Assembly (NCBI GenBank): GCA_020430505.1
Contig: JAGQJT010000004.1
Span: 576-64,575, forward strand
Direction of reading: 5' to 3'
Length of the DNA: 64,000 nt
From: Nanobdellota archaeon
GTDB lineage: Archaea; Nanobdellota; Nanobdellia; Pacearchaeales; GW2011-AR1
A program made the position numbers and the translations under genes. Positions 1 through 8,136 of this stretch are shown one piece after another. Under the pieces are notes generated by a model. The model searched no databases. It was not told the DNA's origin and saw only the letters and a program-made list of their open reading frames with translations. How positions within the stretch are numbered: the stretch's first letter is position 1; each line of letters begins with the position of its first letter.

Positions 1-892
1 CGTTCTGCTTGTTTGTTTTTGCGCCTTCACCATAAGGAATATCTATTAGAAGGTTCTTACTACCCGCCGCCAATTTTTTAGACATTATTGAAGCCAACAT
101 CAAAGAAGGAGTATCAATCCGGATTTCTTTCTCTACGTTAATTATCTTTGAATCTGCAGGGACCATTCCCAATCCTCCCCCCCAAACCAAACAAGCTTTT
201 GTTTTCTTTATTATTTTTTTTACTTCTTCTATTGAAAAATCAACCTTGGCTACGGTCTCCATAACATCCGCAGTTCCAGCTGCACTAGTTATTGCACGAG
301 AAGAAGATTTTGGCATGACCACTCCTCCAGCTGCACAAATTGAAACGACTAAGGGGGTTGTCCTATTTCCTGCAACACCTCCAATACAATGTTTGTCTGC
401 AATACATTTTTCTTTAAGTGATAAAGATTTTCCAGTATTGAGAATTGATTTTATGAAATCAACTGTTTCTTTGAAATTCATTCCTTTTTCATAAGTTGCG
501 GAGATGAATAAAGCAATTTCCGCTTCAGAAAGCTTATTCTCCACGATGTCTACAACAATCTCTTCAATTTTTTTGGGAGACAATCTTTTTCCTTTTAATT
601 TTTCCTTAATGAATTTCAAACTTTCAGGAGGAGTAGCAAGATTAACTTCTACTTTGTCTCCAGATCTTAAACCTAACCTTTTTTTTAATTCAGTTGAAAC
701 AGCCATCTCACTTTTTCCAAGATCTCTATCAACAATATCTAAAATTGCAGAAACTTCCAGAGGTTTTTTGCTAAGAGTCCTTATAGAAAGCCTTTCTTTT
801 GCATGCACTCCCATTTCTTCAGCAGTGTCTTCACGAAGCATAACTACCGGCAAACCTGCAGACCACTTGCTTGTTTTAACTCTTAGTTCCAT
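1..892 (-). CDS. deoA: AMP phosphorylase / thymidine-phosphorylase family, C-terminus cut by window edge
   Basis: Not in the ORF track because it runs off the edge. My translation of the minus strand from ATG at 892 gives MELRVKTSKWSAGLPVVMLREDTAEEMGVHAKERLSI... then ...DKHCIGGVAGNRTTPLVVSICAAGGVVMPKSSSRAITSAAGTADVMETV... This is the nucleoside-phosphorylase core plus the N-terminal extra domain typical of archaeal AMP phosphorylase. Confidence 0.75.
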   Translation of the reverse strand, partial: MELRVKTSKWSAGLPVVMLREDTAEEMGVHAKERLSIRTLSKKPLEVSAILDIVDRDLGKSEMAVSTELKKRLGLRSGDKVEVNLATPPESLKFIKEKLKGKRLSPKKIEEIVVDIVENKLSEAEIALFISATYEKGMNFKETVDFIKSILNTGKSLSLKEKCIADKHCIGGVAGNRTTPLVVSICAAGGVVMPKSSSRAITSAAGTADVMETVAKVDFSIEEVKKIIKKTKACLVWGGGLGMVPADSKIINVEKEIRIDTPSLMLASIMSKKLAAGSKNLLIDIPYGEGAKTNKQN

Positions 893-933
893 CTCTTTTA
901 ATAAAAATAGTAAAAATTGTTTTTATATTTATC

Positions 934-1974
934 TTATTTCTTCGAAGAATCTTCAATTATGAAACCAGGAAGTCTTTTATCCCTAAATAAATCAAGTAAT
1001 ATAAGAAGATATGCCAGAATCAGTGGACCTAAGATTACCCCTAAAAATCCGAATAAGAATAAACCTCCAACCATTCCCACCAAGATGATTGCTGAATGAA
1101 CTTTTGTTCTCTTAGACACAAATATAGGTTTTACAAAATTCTCAAGAAGTGAAGATAACACTCCAAAGAAAATAACTCCTATCATTGCAAAAGTGTCTCC
1201 AGATATTAACAAGAATAAAGCAACTGGAACCCAAATTATCGCAGTTCCTATGATAGGGAAAATTCCTGCAATGGCCGCTAGTATCGTCAAGAATAATGCA
1301 TTCTTTATTCCAAAAGCAAAGAAAGCAATACCTGCAATTAAACCTTGAACAATTCCTAAAAGAACCTGACCGTATAAAATTGAGAAAGTTATGTCATTTG
1401 AAGATTTGAATAGTTTCTTTTCTACTTCTTTAGGGAAAGGCAAAATGCTTTGGAGATATAAAATTAATCTGTCCCCATCTCTTAAAACAAAGAAGAAAAC
1501 AAAGATAGCAACGATAAACTGCAATGCGAGCGTTGGGAAATTTAGGATTAAATCGGAAATTATATTTGTAGCATTATTTGCAACTCTTGAGATGAAAGAA
1601 GAAATCGTTGAAGCAATTTCTGCAGAGAATTGTTCAGAGGAGAATACTGAAGGAAGAATCTCTTTTAATGGAGTCACAAAATCCATTTGCTGTGCTGAAA
1701 GAAAAATGTTAATTGACTGAGTAATTAAAAGTGGCGTTAGAAACCATAATGGGACTAAGATCAAAATCGCCAGAATTACACAAACTATTGAAGTTGCAAG
1801 ATTTTTGGATTTTATTCTTTTATGAATTCTTTTGTATAATGGAGTAAATATAAAAGCTAGAAAAATACCGAATAGAACTGCCATTAGGAATGGCTTTAAG
1901 ACAAAATAAGAAAGAACTAAAAGCAATATTAAAAGTGCTATGATTGCGAAACTCTTGTAAGATTTGTCTTCCAT
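934..1974 (-). CDS. AI-2E / PerM (UPF0118) family membrane transporter
   Basis: 346 aa with about 7-8 hydrophobic helices. Overall layout resembles the PerM/AI-2E family. Family call is by recollection only. Confidence 0.55.
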   Translation of the reverse strand: MEDKSYKSFAIIALLILLLVLSYFVLKPFLMAVLFGIFLAFIFTPLYKRIHKRIKSKNLATSIVCVILAILILVPLWFLTPLLITQSINIFLSAQQMDFVTPLKEILPSVFSSEQFSAEIASTISSFISRVANNATNIISDLILNFPTLALQFIVAIFVFFFVLRDGDRLILYLQSILPFPKEVEKKLFKSSNDITFSILYGQVLLGIVQGLIAGIAFFAFGIKNALFLTILAAIAGIFPIIGTAIIWVPVALFLLISGDTFAMIGVIFFGVLSSLLENFVKPIFVSKRTKVHSAIILVGMVGGLFLFGFLGVILGPLILAYLLILLDLFRDKRLPGFIIEDSSKK

Positions 1975-2052
1975 GGTATTCCTCTTTTATATTAGAGTGT
2001 TGAGAAACTTATAAAGTTTTGTAAAGGTTCTTTTATAATTGAAGTGATAAGA

Positions 2053-2060
2053 TTTATAAG
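2053..2060 (+). promoter_or_regulatory. archaeal TATA-like box (tttataag), 21 nt before ATG 2082
   Basis: One of about 10 cases in the archaeal part with identical 21-nt spacing between a T/A 8-mer and the ATG. Confidence 0.4.
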
Positions 2061-2081
2061 TCAAGTTGAATATTTTTGTTT

Positions 2082-2786
2082 ATGAATTTCATAAAAAAAG
2101 CAATTGATGGGAAAAGAGATGAGTCAACTCACATTCAATTTCAGAAATTTTCTAAGGGCGAGTTTAAGGATAGGGCGTTGATAAGAATTAAGAATGTTAA
2201 GGACAAATCAACAATTAATACTTCTGCTGAATTTGCTAATGATTTAGTTAGAATTTTGGCTTTGAAGTTGGGTGATGGGAAAACAAAGGTTACTGGCGCT
2301 ATTGTTTCTACTAATGATTTGAAGGACGATTTAGAGTACAAAGAAATAAAGCAATTTCAAGGAGTTAAGAGATACTTAATTGATAAAGAAATGTCTGGGA
2401 AAGAGATTTTGAGTTTGTTGGATAGATTCCCTAAGACTTTTTTTGCTTTGACTTTTACTTCTGGAGAGGAAAGTTTGAAGATAAAACCGAAAGCACCTAA
2501 GTCTGGGAAGCCGGGGAAGGGCGATGAAGAACCTAAAGCCGACTTCTGTAAGTTGATTACTTTTGATTCTAAAATTGCTGAGAGTTTTGTTTTTGAGAAA
2601 ACTGGTTTTAAGGACGCAGAGATAAAGCATAATTTCTTGATTGAAAAGATTGAAGTTCCTGCTGAATTGAGGAAAAGTGAGGATTTCGCGTTGATAAGAG
2701 AGAAATCTTTGAGAGTCGGGAAGATTGTTAGGATTGCGAAGGTTGATGGTTCTGAGATTAAGAAAGAGTATGAGTTTAAGGCATAA
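2082..2786 (+). CDS. hypothetical protein (track start 2076 is TTG; ATG at 2082 fits the promoter spacing)
   Basis: Long ORF on the + strand. MNFIKKAIDGKRDE...; Lys/Glu-rich, no TM segment, no motif I recognise. Confidence 0.6.
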   Translation: MNFIKKAIDGKRDESTHIQFQKFSKGEFKDRALIRIKNVKDKSTINTSAEFANDLVRILALKLGDGKTKVTGAIVSTNDLKDDLEYKEIKQFQGVKRYLIDKEMSGKEILSLLDRFPKTFFALTFTSGEESLKIKPKAPKSGKPGKGDEEPKADFCKLITFDSKIAESFVFEKTGFKDAEIKHNFLIEKIEVPAELRKSEDFALIREKSLRVGKIVRIAKVDGSEIKKEYEFKA

Positions 2787-2914
2787 TTTACCGGGCTTTT
2801 TCTGAGATATTGGATTTAGGGGGAGTTTACGGGCTTAGATTTTGTACAATTTTAAGCTAGGAACAAAGAGTTTATTAACTGGTTTTTCTTTTATTTTTTG
2901 AAAGAGGTACAAAA

Positions 2915-3334
2915 GTGGCAAAATTATTTTCGATTAAGGAGAAATATTCGAAGAAAATTTTTTCTAAAGAGAAGTTAGTCGAATTTAGAAGACAAAATGT
3001 ACATATTTCAAGGAAAGAAATTTGTTTAATTTATACCAGTTTTCCTGTCAAAAAAATTGAAGGGCATTTTATTGTTGAAGAAAAGATTAGGCTCCCCATT
3101 CAAGAACTTTGGAATAAAACAAAAGAGATTGCTGGAATTTCTTTTAAAGAATTTATGAACTATTTTGAAGGGTGTGAAGTTGGGACAGCAATACTATTTA
3201 AATCAGTAAAAAAAATAAAAAAGACTTGGAGTTTAGAGGATTTAAAAAAAATTTTTGGTGATTCGTTTAGACCTCCTCAATCTTATTATAATCTTGAAGG
3301 CAAATTATCAAAATTGGTTGAAATCACTGCCTAG
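2915..3334 (+). CDS. ASCH (PUA-like) domain protein
   Basis: 139 aa. The N-terminus LFSIKEKYSKKIFSKEKLVEFRR resembles the ASCH signature (SIKQPWA..I..G.K..E.R). GTG start. Confidence 0.5.
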   Translation: MAKLFSIKEKYSKKIFSKEKLVEFRRQNVHISRKEICLIYTSFPVKKIEGHFIVEEKIRLPIQELWNKTKEIAGISFKEFMNYFEGCEVGTAILFKSVKKIKKTWSLEDLKKIFGDSFRPPQSYYNLEGKLSKLVEITA

Positions 3335-4844
3335 TATATTTTGGATTAATTCCTGAAAATCGTTTTATTTCAGAATACTCTTTATTTCCTATCTTTCTCA
3401 TTGTTAAAAAATTACCTTTAATTATATTTTCTTCGTGCAATTTTGAAAGATGCACTTCTTTTGGAAAATGAAAACAATGCCTAAAGAGAATTGTTAATGC
3501 TGGCTTATTTTTTAAAATCTCTTTTTCCTTGTAAACAGTACGATTACTAGTTAAATGCAATATTTTTTCCGGAGGTAAATCATTAAATGCTTCTTCAACA
3601 ATCCCCACAGAGGTGATTCCCATTGTATCTTGAGATCTATAGAAAAGCAATAAATCTCCTTTATTTATATTTTTGAAAGGAGCTCCGCACAAATAAGCTT
3701 TTTCTATAGTGTTTCCTTCCACAATAAACTCCCCCATATGTTCATTCAAAGTAGTTTGTCTTTTTTTAAAATCTGTAAAAAGTTTTCCATGATAATCTGG
3801 TTTTATTGGAACTATATATTTTGTGCACTTCTTTCCATCATAAAAAGAAGGAAAATAGAAGTGATTTATCATTTTTTGTGAAAACTCTCCAAATTTTGGG
3901 GGGACAATCTTCTTTATGAAAATAGATTCTGCCTTTCCATTTTCATGGATTATTTTGTTTGGGATTTTAAAGAATCCAAATTTAAGTAATAAATTTACGA
4001 GAGGGTCGTTTTTTTCTTCAAAATGTGTAACATAAATCTCATCTATGTTTTCCCCCATTGCCTTACTTATTGATAATTTTAAAAAAAGTTCCCCTATCTT
4101 CTTTCCATTATTTGAAACTTTTAAAGTTCTAATTTTTATTCTTGATCTTTTTGGTAATGGAGGTTTGCATAATTCAGATTCTTCTCCAGGATTTTCTTTT
4201 TTTAACATCAAAAATGCCTGAATTTCTCCCTTTCCATCTTCATGGATATAAGCCTTTTCTCCGTTTAAGCATCTTTTTTTGAACCATTTGTCGAATCCCG
4301 CATATTCTTCTTTTAAACTTTTAAAAAACTTCTGTGATAAATAACTAGAATTAAGACTTTTGAATTTTATTGCAGGAGGAGTTAAAATTTTTTTTTCTTC
4401 AGGATACAACTCCAATATTTTCTGGATAAATTCAGAAACTTTTAATACCTTCTCGGAAATTTTAAAGATTTCTGCTTTTTTATGAATCCCTCTATCTTCT
4501 GTTACAAGAAATTCTACACAGTCTGTATAAACTGCATATAAAAGTTCATTATCTACCCTATCATTGTCTTTTCCTCCTTCTTTCCATTTCACCTTTTTTG
4601 AAAAATCTATGGAGAGCTGAAATTTTGGAGAATTCTCTAATAAAGAATAACACTTAATCTTGGATAAAGTACTTTTTTTTCTTTTTTCATCACGATCTCT
4701 ATTTATGTCTGTTATAGATTCTGGATGTAAAAAAGGAAGAATTTTCTTTGAGGAAAGAATTTTTGAAAAGGTTTGAATATCTTCCTTAATTATTTTATCT
4801 CCTTCTCTGTAAATGAAAATATTGGTATCTATCAAAATACGCAT
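3324..4844 (-). CDS. three-domain fusion protein: N-terminal PIN nuclease, central GNAT-like acetyltransferase fold, C-terminal PUA-like (ASCH/EVE-like) module
   Basis: PIN: MRILIDTNIFIYRE plus LVTEDRGI. GNAT-like: IQAFLMLK...IKIRTLKVSNNGKKIGELFLKLSISKA...IYVTHFE...LLLKFGFFKI. The C-terminal ~170 aa are beta-rich (GDLLLFYRSQDTMGITSVGIVEE). Confidence 0.5.
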   Translation of the reverse strand: MRILIDTNIFIYREGDKIIKEDIQTFSKILSSKKILPFLHPESITDINRDRDEKRKKSTLSKIKCYSLLENSPKFQLSIDFSKKVKWKEGGKDNDRVDNELLYAVYTDCVEFLVTEDRGIHKKAEIFKISEKVLKVSEFIQKILELYPEEKKILTPPAIKFKSLNSSYLSQKFFKSLKEEYAGFDKWFKKRCLNGEKAYIHEDGKGEIQAFLMLKKENPGEESELCKPPLPKRSRIKIRTLKVSNNGKKIGELFLKLSISKAMGENIDEIYVTHFEEKNDPLVNLLLKFGFFKIPNKIIHENGKAESIFIKKIVPPKFGEFSQKMINHFYFPSFYDGKKCTKYIVPIKPDYHGKLFTDFKKRQTTLNEHMGEFIVEGNTIEKAYLCGAPFKNINKGDLLLFYRSQDTMGITSVGIVEEAFNDLPPEKILHLTSNRTVYKEKEILKNKPALTILFRHCFHFPKEVHLSKLHEENIIKGNFLTMRKIGNKEYSEIKRFSGINPKYTRQ

Positions 4845-4906
4845 AAAAATACTCTAAATCCTTCATTTTTAACTATTACCATACTCCAGTTTTGCATATA
4901 ATAACC

Positions 4907-4914
4907 TTTAAATA
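4907..4914 (+). promoter_or_regulatory. candidate TATA box (tttaaata) for the ribosomal-protein operon; would give a ~55 nt leader
   Basis: aacctttaaataccc lies in the 150-nt gap upstream of rpl3. There is no TATA at the -21 spacing used by other genes. Confidence 0.3.
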
Positions 4915-4993
4915 CCCCTATTTTCTGTATAAATCATTCCAGGGTAAGTAAAATGATAATTTCCGCGTTATTGAAAAATATATCAAATAACAA

Positions 4994-5941
4994 ATGCCAA
5001 CAAGAAAAGCACCAAGAAAAGGAAGCCTGCAATATTGGCCTCGTAAAAGGGCCTCGAAATTCTTACCTAGAGTAAACTGGGATATAATTTCTGGTTCAAA
5101 TAATTCCTTGAAAGGATTCATCGGTTACAAGGCCGGGATGGTTTCTGGTTTCGTTAAAGATGAGACAGCAGATTCTATGACTAAAGGCAAAAAAATAATC
5201 ATTCCTATGACTGTTATTGAATGCCCTCCAATGAAGATTTTTTCTATTAGATTATACAAAAACGGCAAAGTTGCAAAAGACATTCTTGCTGAAAGTTTAG
5301 ACAAAGAACTAAAGAAAAAAGTCAAACTTCCAAAAGAAAAGAAAAAGTTACCTGAAATCAAGCTTGAAGATTACGACAAAATTTCTGTTATCGCTTACAG
5401 TGTTGTTAAAAAATCTGGTTTAAAGAAAAAACCAGACCTTGCAGAAATTGGATTGAATGGTTCAATTGAAGATCAATGGAATTTCGTTAAGGAAAATATA
5501 AACAAAGAAATTCTTGTTTCTGAAGTATTAAAAAAGGACGAATTGGTCGATGCAAGAGGTTTAACAAAAGGAAAAGGTTTCCAAGGTCCTGTAAAAAGAT
5601 TCGGAATTAAGCTTAGATTCCACAAGACAGAAAAAGGTCGAAGAAAAGTTGGTTCAATCGGTCCGTGGCATCCAGCAAGAGTTACTTTTAGAGTTCCTAT
5701 GGCTGGTCAACTTGGAATGTTCACAAGAGTTGTTTACAACAATAAAATAATCGACGTGAAAAAATCAACTGAAGAGCCAATCAAAAACTTAAAACAATAC
5801 GGAGATGTTAAAGCAGACTATGTTTTGGTGAGAGGTTCAGTGCAAGGGCCTGCAAAAAGACAATTACTTTTAACTCATGCTCTTAGAGAAACTAAAAAGC
5901 AAAAGAAAAAGAATTTCGAATTGTTGGAGGTTAGAAGATGA
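4994..5941 (+). CDS. rpl3: 50S ribosomal protein uL3
   Basis: MPTRKAPRKGSLQYWPRKRA..., GKGFQGPVKRFG, PWHPARV. First position in the canonical archaeal cluster. Confidence 0.95.
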   Translation: MPTRKAPRKGSLQYWPRKRASKFLPRVNWDIISGSNNSLKGFIGYKAGMVSGFVKDETADSMTKGKKIIIPMTVIECPPMKIFSIRLYKNGKVAKDILAESLDKELKKKVKLPKEKKKLPEIKLEDYDKISVIAYSVVKKSGLKKKPDLAEIGLNGSIEDQWNFVKENINKEILVSEVLKKDELVDARGLTKGKGFQGPVKRFGIKLRFHKTEKGRRKVGSIGPWHPARVTFRVPMAGQLGMFTRVVYNNKIIDVKKSTEEPIKNLKQYGDVKADYVLVRGSVQGPAKRQLLLTHALRETKKQKKKNFELLEVRR

Positions 5942-6252
5942 AAACAATAAAAGATTTAATAAGAATTGGTATTGGAGATGGATTGGAAACAGTGTCTTAT
6001 TCTCATTTTACAGTTGTGGGAAAAGATAATGGTCAAATTCAGATGGGGTTTGATGAGGGAACAAACTACTGGATTGGTAGTTTCAATCCAGAAGAAATTC
6101 TTTTTAATGAAGATGACAGAGTAATTGAAGCAAAACCGATTAAAGTATTATTTGGCGTGGAAATCACAGATAATAGATATAAAGAAATTAGGGAAAATCC
6201 GGTTCCATTCTATGATAAATATGTTAAGGAAAATATAAAAAATGAAAACTAA
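5938..6252 (+). CDS. orphan small ORF A (104 aa) inserted between rpl3 and rpl4
   Basis: ATGA overlap with the rpl3 stop (5938-5941). Acidic, no TM segment. Its stop lies inside a copy of the rpl4 start. Confidence 0.6.
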   Translation: MKTIKDLIRIGIGDGLETVSYSHFTVVGKDNGQIQMGFDEGTNYWIGSFNPEEILFNEDDRVIEAKPIKVLFGVEITDNRYKEIRENPVPFYDKYVKENIKNEN

Positions 6253-6316
6253 ACTTTACACTGCCGACGGAAAACAAAAGAAAAAGAATTTCGAATTGTT
6301 GGAGGTTAGAAGATGA
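6237..6316 (+). repeat. duplication scar: copy of the rpl4 5' end (6242..6276 = 6568..6602, 34/35 nt) fused to a copy of the rpl3 3' end (6275..6316 = 5900..5941, 42/42 nt)
   Basis: Direct comparison of the sequence. The fusion reads in frame as the 24-codon mini-ORF MKTKLYTADGKQKKKNFELLEVRR* (6242..6316). Its TGA overlaps the ATG of ORF B. Confidence 0.9.
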
Positions 6317-6564
6317 GAGAAAGAATTCTTTCTTTAAACACAATTGGGAATGCAGAACTCGCTGTAATGAGAGATAAACTATATAACACCTTCGAGAAAT
6401 TTTTTAAGAATTTTTCAGAATTTGTGAATGAAGAAGGATTAGAGAACACTCTTAAAAGAATAAAAAATACATATGAAAGAGTCTCTTCAGTAAATGAAGA
6501 AGCTGGAAAAAGAAACTTATTCTCAAGAAGTCAAAATTTAAATTACATAATTCAACAAAACTAA
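6313..6564 (+). CDS. orphan small ORF B (83 aa) inserted between rpl3 and rpl4
   Basis: ATGA overlap with the chimeric mini-ORF. Ends 3 nt before the rpl4 ATG. Predicted helical and charged. Confidence 0.55.
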   Translation: MRERILSLNTIGNAELAVMRDKLYNTFEKFFKNFSEFVNEEGLENTLKRIKNTYERVSSVNEEAGKRNLFSRSQNLNYIIQQN

Positions 6565-6567
6565 AAA

Positions 6568-7365
6568 ATGAAAACTAAACTATACACTGCCGACGGAAAA
6601 CAAGGAAAAGAAATGACCTTGCCTAGTTTTTTCTCAACGAGAGTTAGAGAAGATTTAATTCAAAAAATAATTGAAGCAAAGAAACAAATTCAACCTTATG
6701 CTCCTTCAGCTGTTGCAGGAAATCAATATTCAGCGTCAGGAAAATTAAACCACAAAAGACACGTTTGGAAATCTCAATATGGTCGAGGAATGTCAAGAAT
6801 TCCAAGAAAGAAAATGTCAAGAAGAGGAACTCAATTCAATTGGGTTGGTGCAACTGTTCCAAACACTAGAGGTGGAAGAAGAGCTCACCCTCCAAAGGCA
6901 ATTTCTATGATTAATACTAATAAAATAAACAAAAAAGAAATGAAACTTGCATTGCAATCTGCTCTTGCAGCAACAGTTCAAGAGAAATACTTAACAAAAA
7001 GATACGAAACTCTTGCTAACGAGAAAATAACAAACTTGCCTTTCATCGTTGAAGCGAAATTCTTAGGATTAAAAACTAAAGAAATGGTTAAAACTTTGAA
7101 AACAATGTTTGGCGAAGCTCTTTCAAAGGTTGCTTTCAAGAAAAAATCAATAAGAGCTGGAATCGGAAAATTGAGAGGAAGAAAATACAAGAAATCTTTA
7201 GGGGTTTTGATTGTTGTTGGAAATGAAGAAAAACTTAAAGTAAAGGAATTCGACGTCGTTAACGCAAACAAACTAAGCATAAACGATTTAGCAAACGGTG
7301 GAGCTGGAAGATTAACAATATATACTGAAAATGCAATTAAAGATTTGGAGGCAAAGTTCAAATGA
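6568..7365 (+). CDS. rpl4: 50S ribosomal protein uL4
   Basis: YGRGMSRIPRKKMSRRG...GGRRAHPPKA; position in the cluster. Confidence 0.95.
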   Translation: MKTKLYTADGKQGKEMTLPSFFSTRVREDLIQKIIEAKKQIQPYAPSAVAGNQYSASGKLNHKRHVWKSQYGRGMSRIPRKKMSRRGTQFNWVGATVPNTRGGRRAHPPKAISMINTNKINKKEMKLALQSALAATVQEKYLTKRYETLANEKITNLPFIVEAKFLGLKTKEMVKTLKTMFGEALSKVAFKKKSIRAGIGKLRGRKYKKSLGVLIVVGNEEKLKVKEFDVVNANKLSINDLANGGAGRLTIYTENAIKDLEAKFK

Positions 7366-7661
7366 AGGGATTAGAAGGAATTAAAGAAATAAAGACTGGA
7401 GAAGACCTACAAAATTTGGAAGTGGGACAAAAAGTTATGATAAATGGAATTTATGAAGAAGTTTACGTTGGGAAAACTAAATCAAATGATTCGAGATTTG
7501 AATTCCATACAACAATTTACATGAAAGAGGGTAAAATGACTGAAAGACAAATTAGATTAATGGGAAACGATGGAAATGTACATGATCAAAAAAAGAAAAA
7601 CATACAAGAAAACAACAGAAAATATAACACGTACCTAAAAATATTGGAGGAAAGCAAATGA
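7362..7661 (+). CDS. orphan small ORF C (99 aa) inserted between rpl4 and rpl23
   Basis: ATGA overlaps at both ends (7362-7365 and 7658-7661). The GGAGG-N-ATGA junction is duplicated (ttggaggcaaagttcaaatga vs ttggaggaaagcaaatga). Confidence 0.6.
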   Translation: MKGLEGIKEIKTGEDLQNLEVGQKVMINGIYEEVYVGKTKSNDSRFEFHTTIYMKEGKMTERQIRLMGNDGNVHDQKKKNIQENNRKYNTYLKILEESK

Positions 7662-7894
7662 AACCAATCGCAACTGAAAAAGCTGTAATGATGATTGAAA
7701 GAGACAACGTTTTGACTTTCCAAGCTCCAATGATTTACACAAAAGAACAAATAAAAAAAGAACTTGAAGATTTATTAAAAATAAAAATCACAAAAATAAG
7801 AACTTTGATAAGAAACAATAAAAAAATGGTTTATGTTAAATTAAAAGGAGACACTTTGGCAATCGACGTTGCAACAAAGTTAGGATTAATGTAA
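7658..7894 (+). CDS. rpl23: 50S ribosomal protein uL23
   Basis: 78 aa; KPIATEKAVMMIERDNVLTF...; position in the cluster. Confidence 0.9.
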   Translation: MKPIATEKAVMMIERDNVLTFQAPMIYTKEQIKKELEDLLKIKITKIRTLIRNNKKMVYVKLKGDTLAIDVATKLGLM

Positions 7895-7895
7895 T

Positions 7896-8135
7896 ATGGG
7901 AAAAACAAAAATAATTGGATTAATTGATGAATACAGAAAAAGTGCAAGAGACATAGATAATAATTTTATGGATCCGGAGAGAAGAGAAGTTCATGAAAGA
8001 GAAGAGAAATTTTACAAACCAAGATTTGCTAAATTGGGCGTTAGCGCATCAATAATTTCAACAATATACGCTTCCAGAAACAACGAAGAAGGAATTGAGG
8101 AAATAAAAGAAAACATAGAGAAATACTTAAACTAA
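7896..8135 (+). CDS. orphan small ORF D (79 aa) inserted between rpl23 and rpl2
   Basis: Starts 1 nt after the rpl23 stop. Its first codons (atgggaaaaacaaaaataatt) are a near copy of the rpl2 start (atgggaaaaagaataatt). Confidence 0.55.
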   Translation: MGKTKIIGLIDEYRKSARDIDNNFMDPERREVHEREEKFYKPRFAKLGVSASIISTIYASRNNEEGIEEIKENIEKYLN

Positions 8136-8136
8136 A

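Noticed and set aside
246-962. Plus-strand track ORFs 246..494 and 504..962
   Set aside because: They are antisense shadows of the minus-strand AMP phosphorylase gene (1..892), which translates into a clearly recognisable enzyme. The plus-strand products are low-complexity and hydrophobic or Ser-rich.
4918-5121. Track ORF 4918..5121 (-) upstream of and overlapping rpl3
   Set aside because: It overlaps the rpl3 start and the promoter region, is hydrophobic low-complexity, and has no expression signals.
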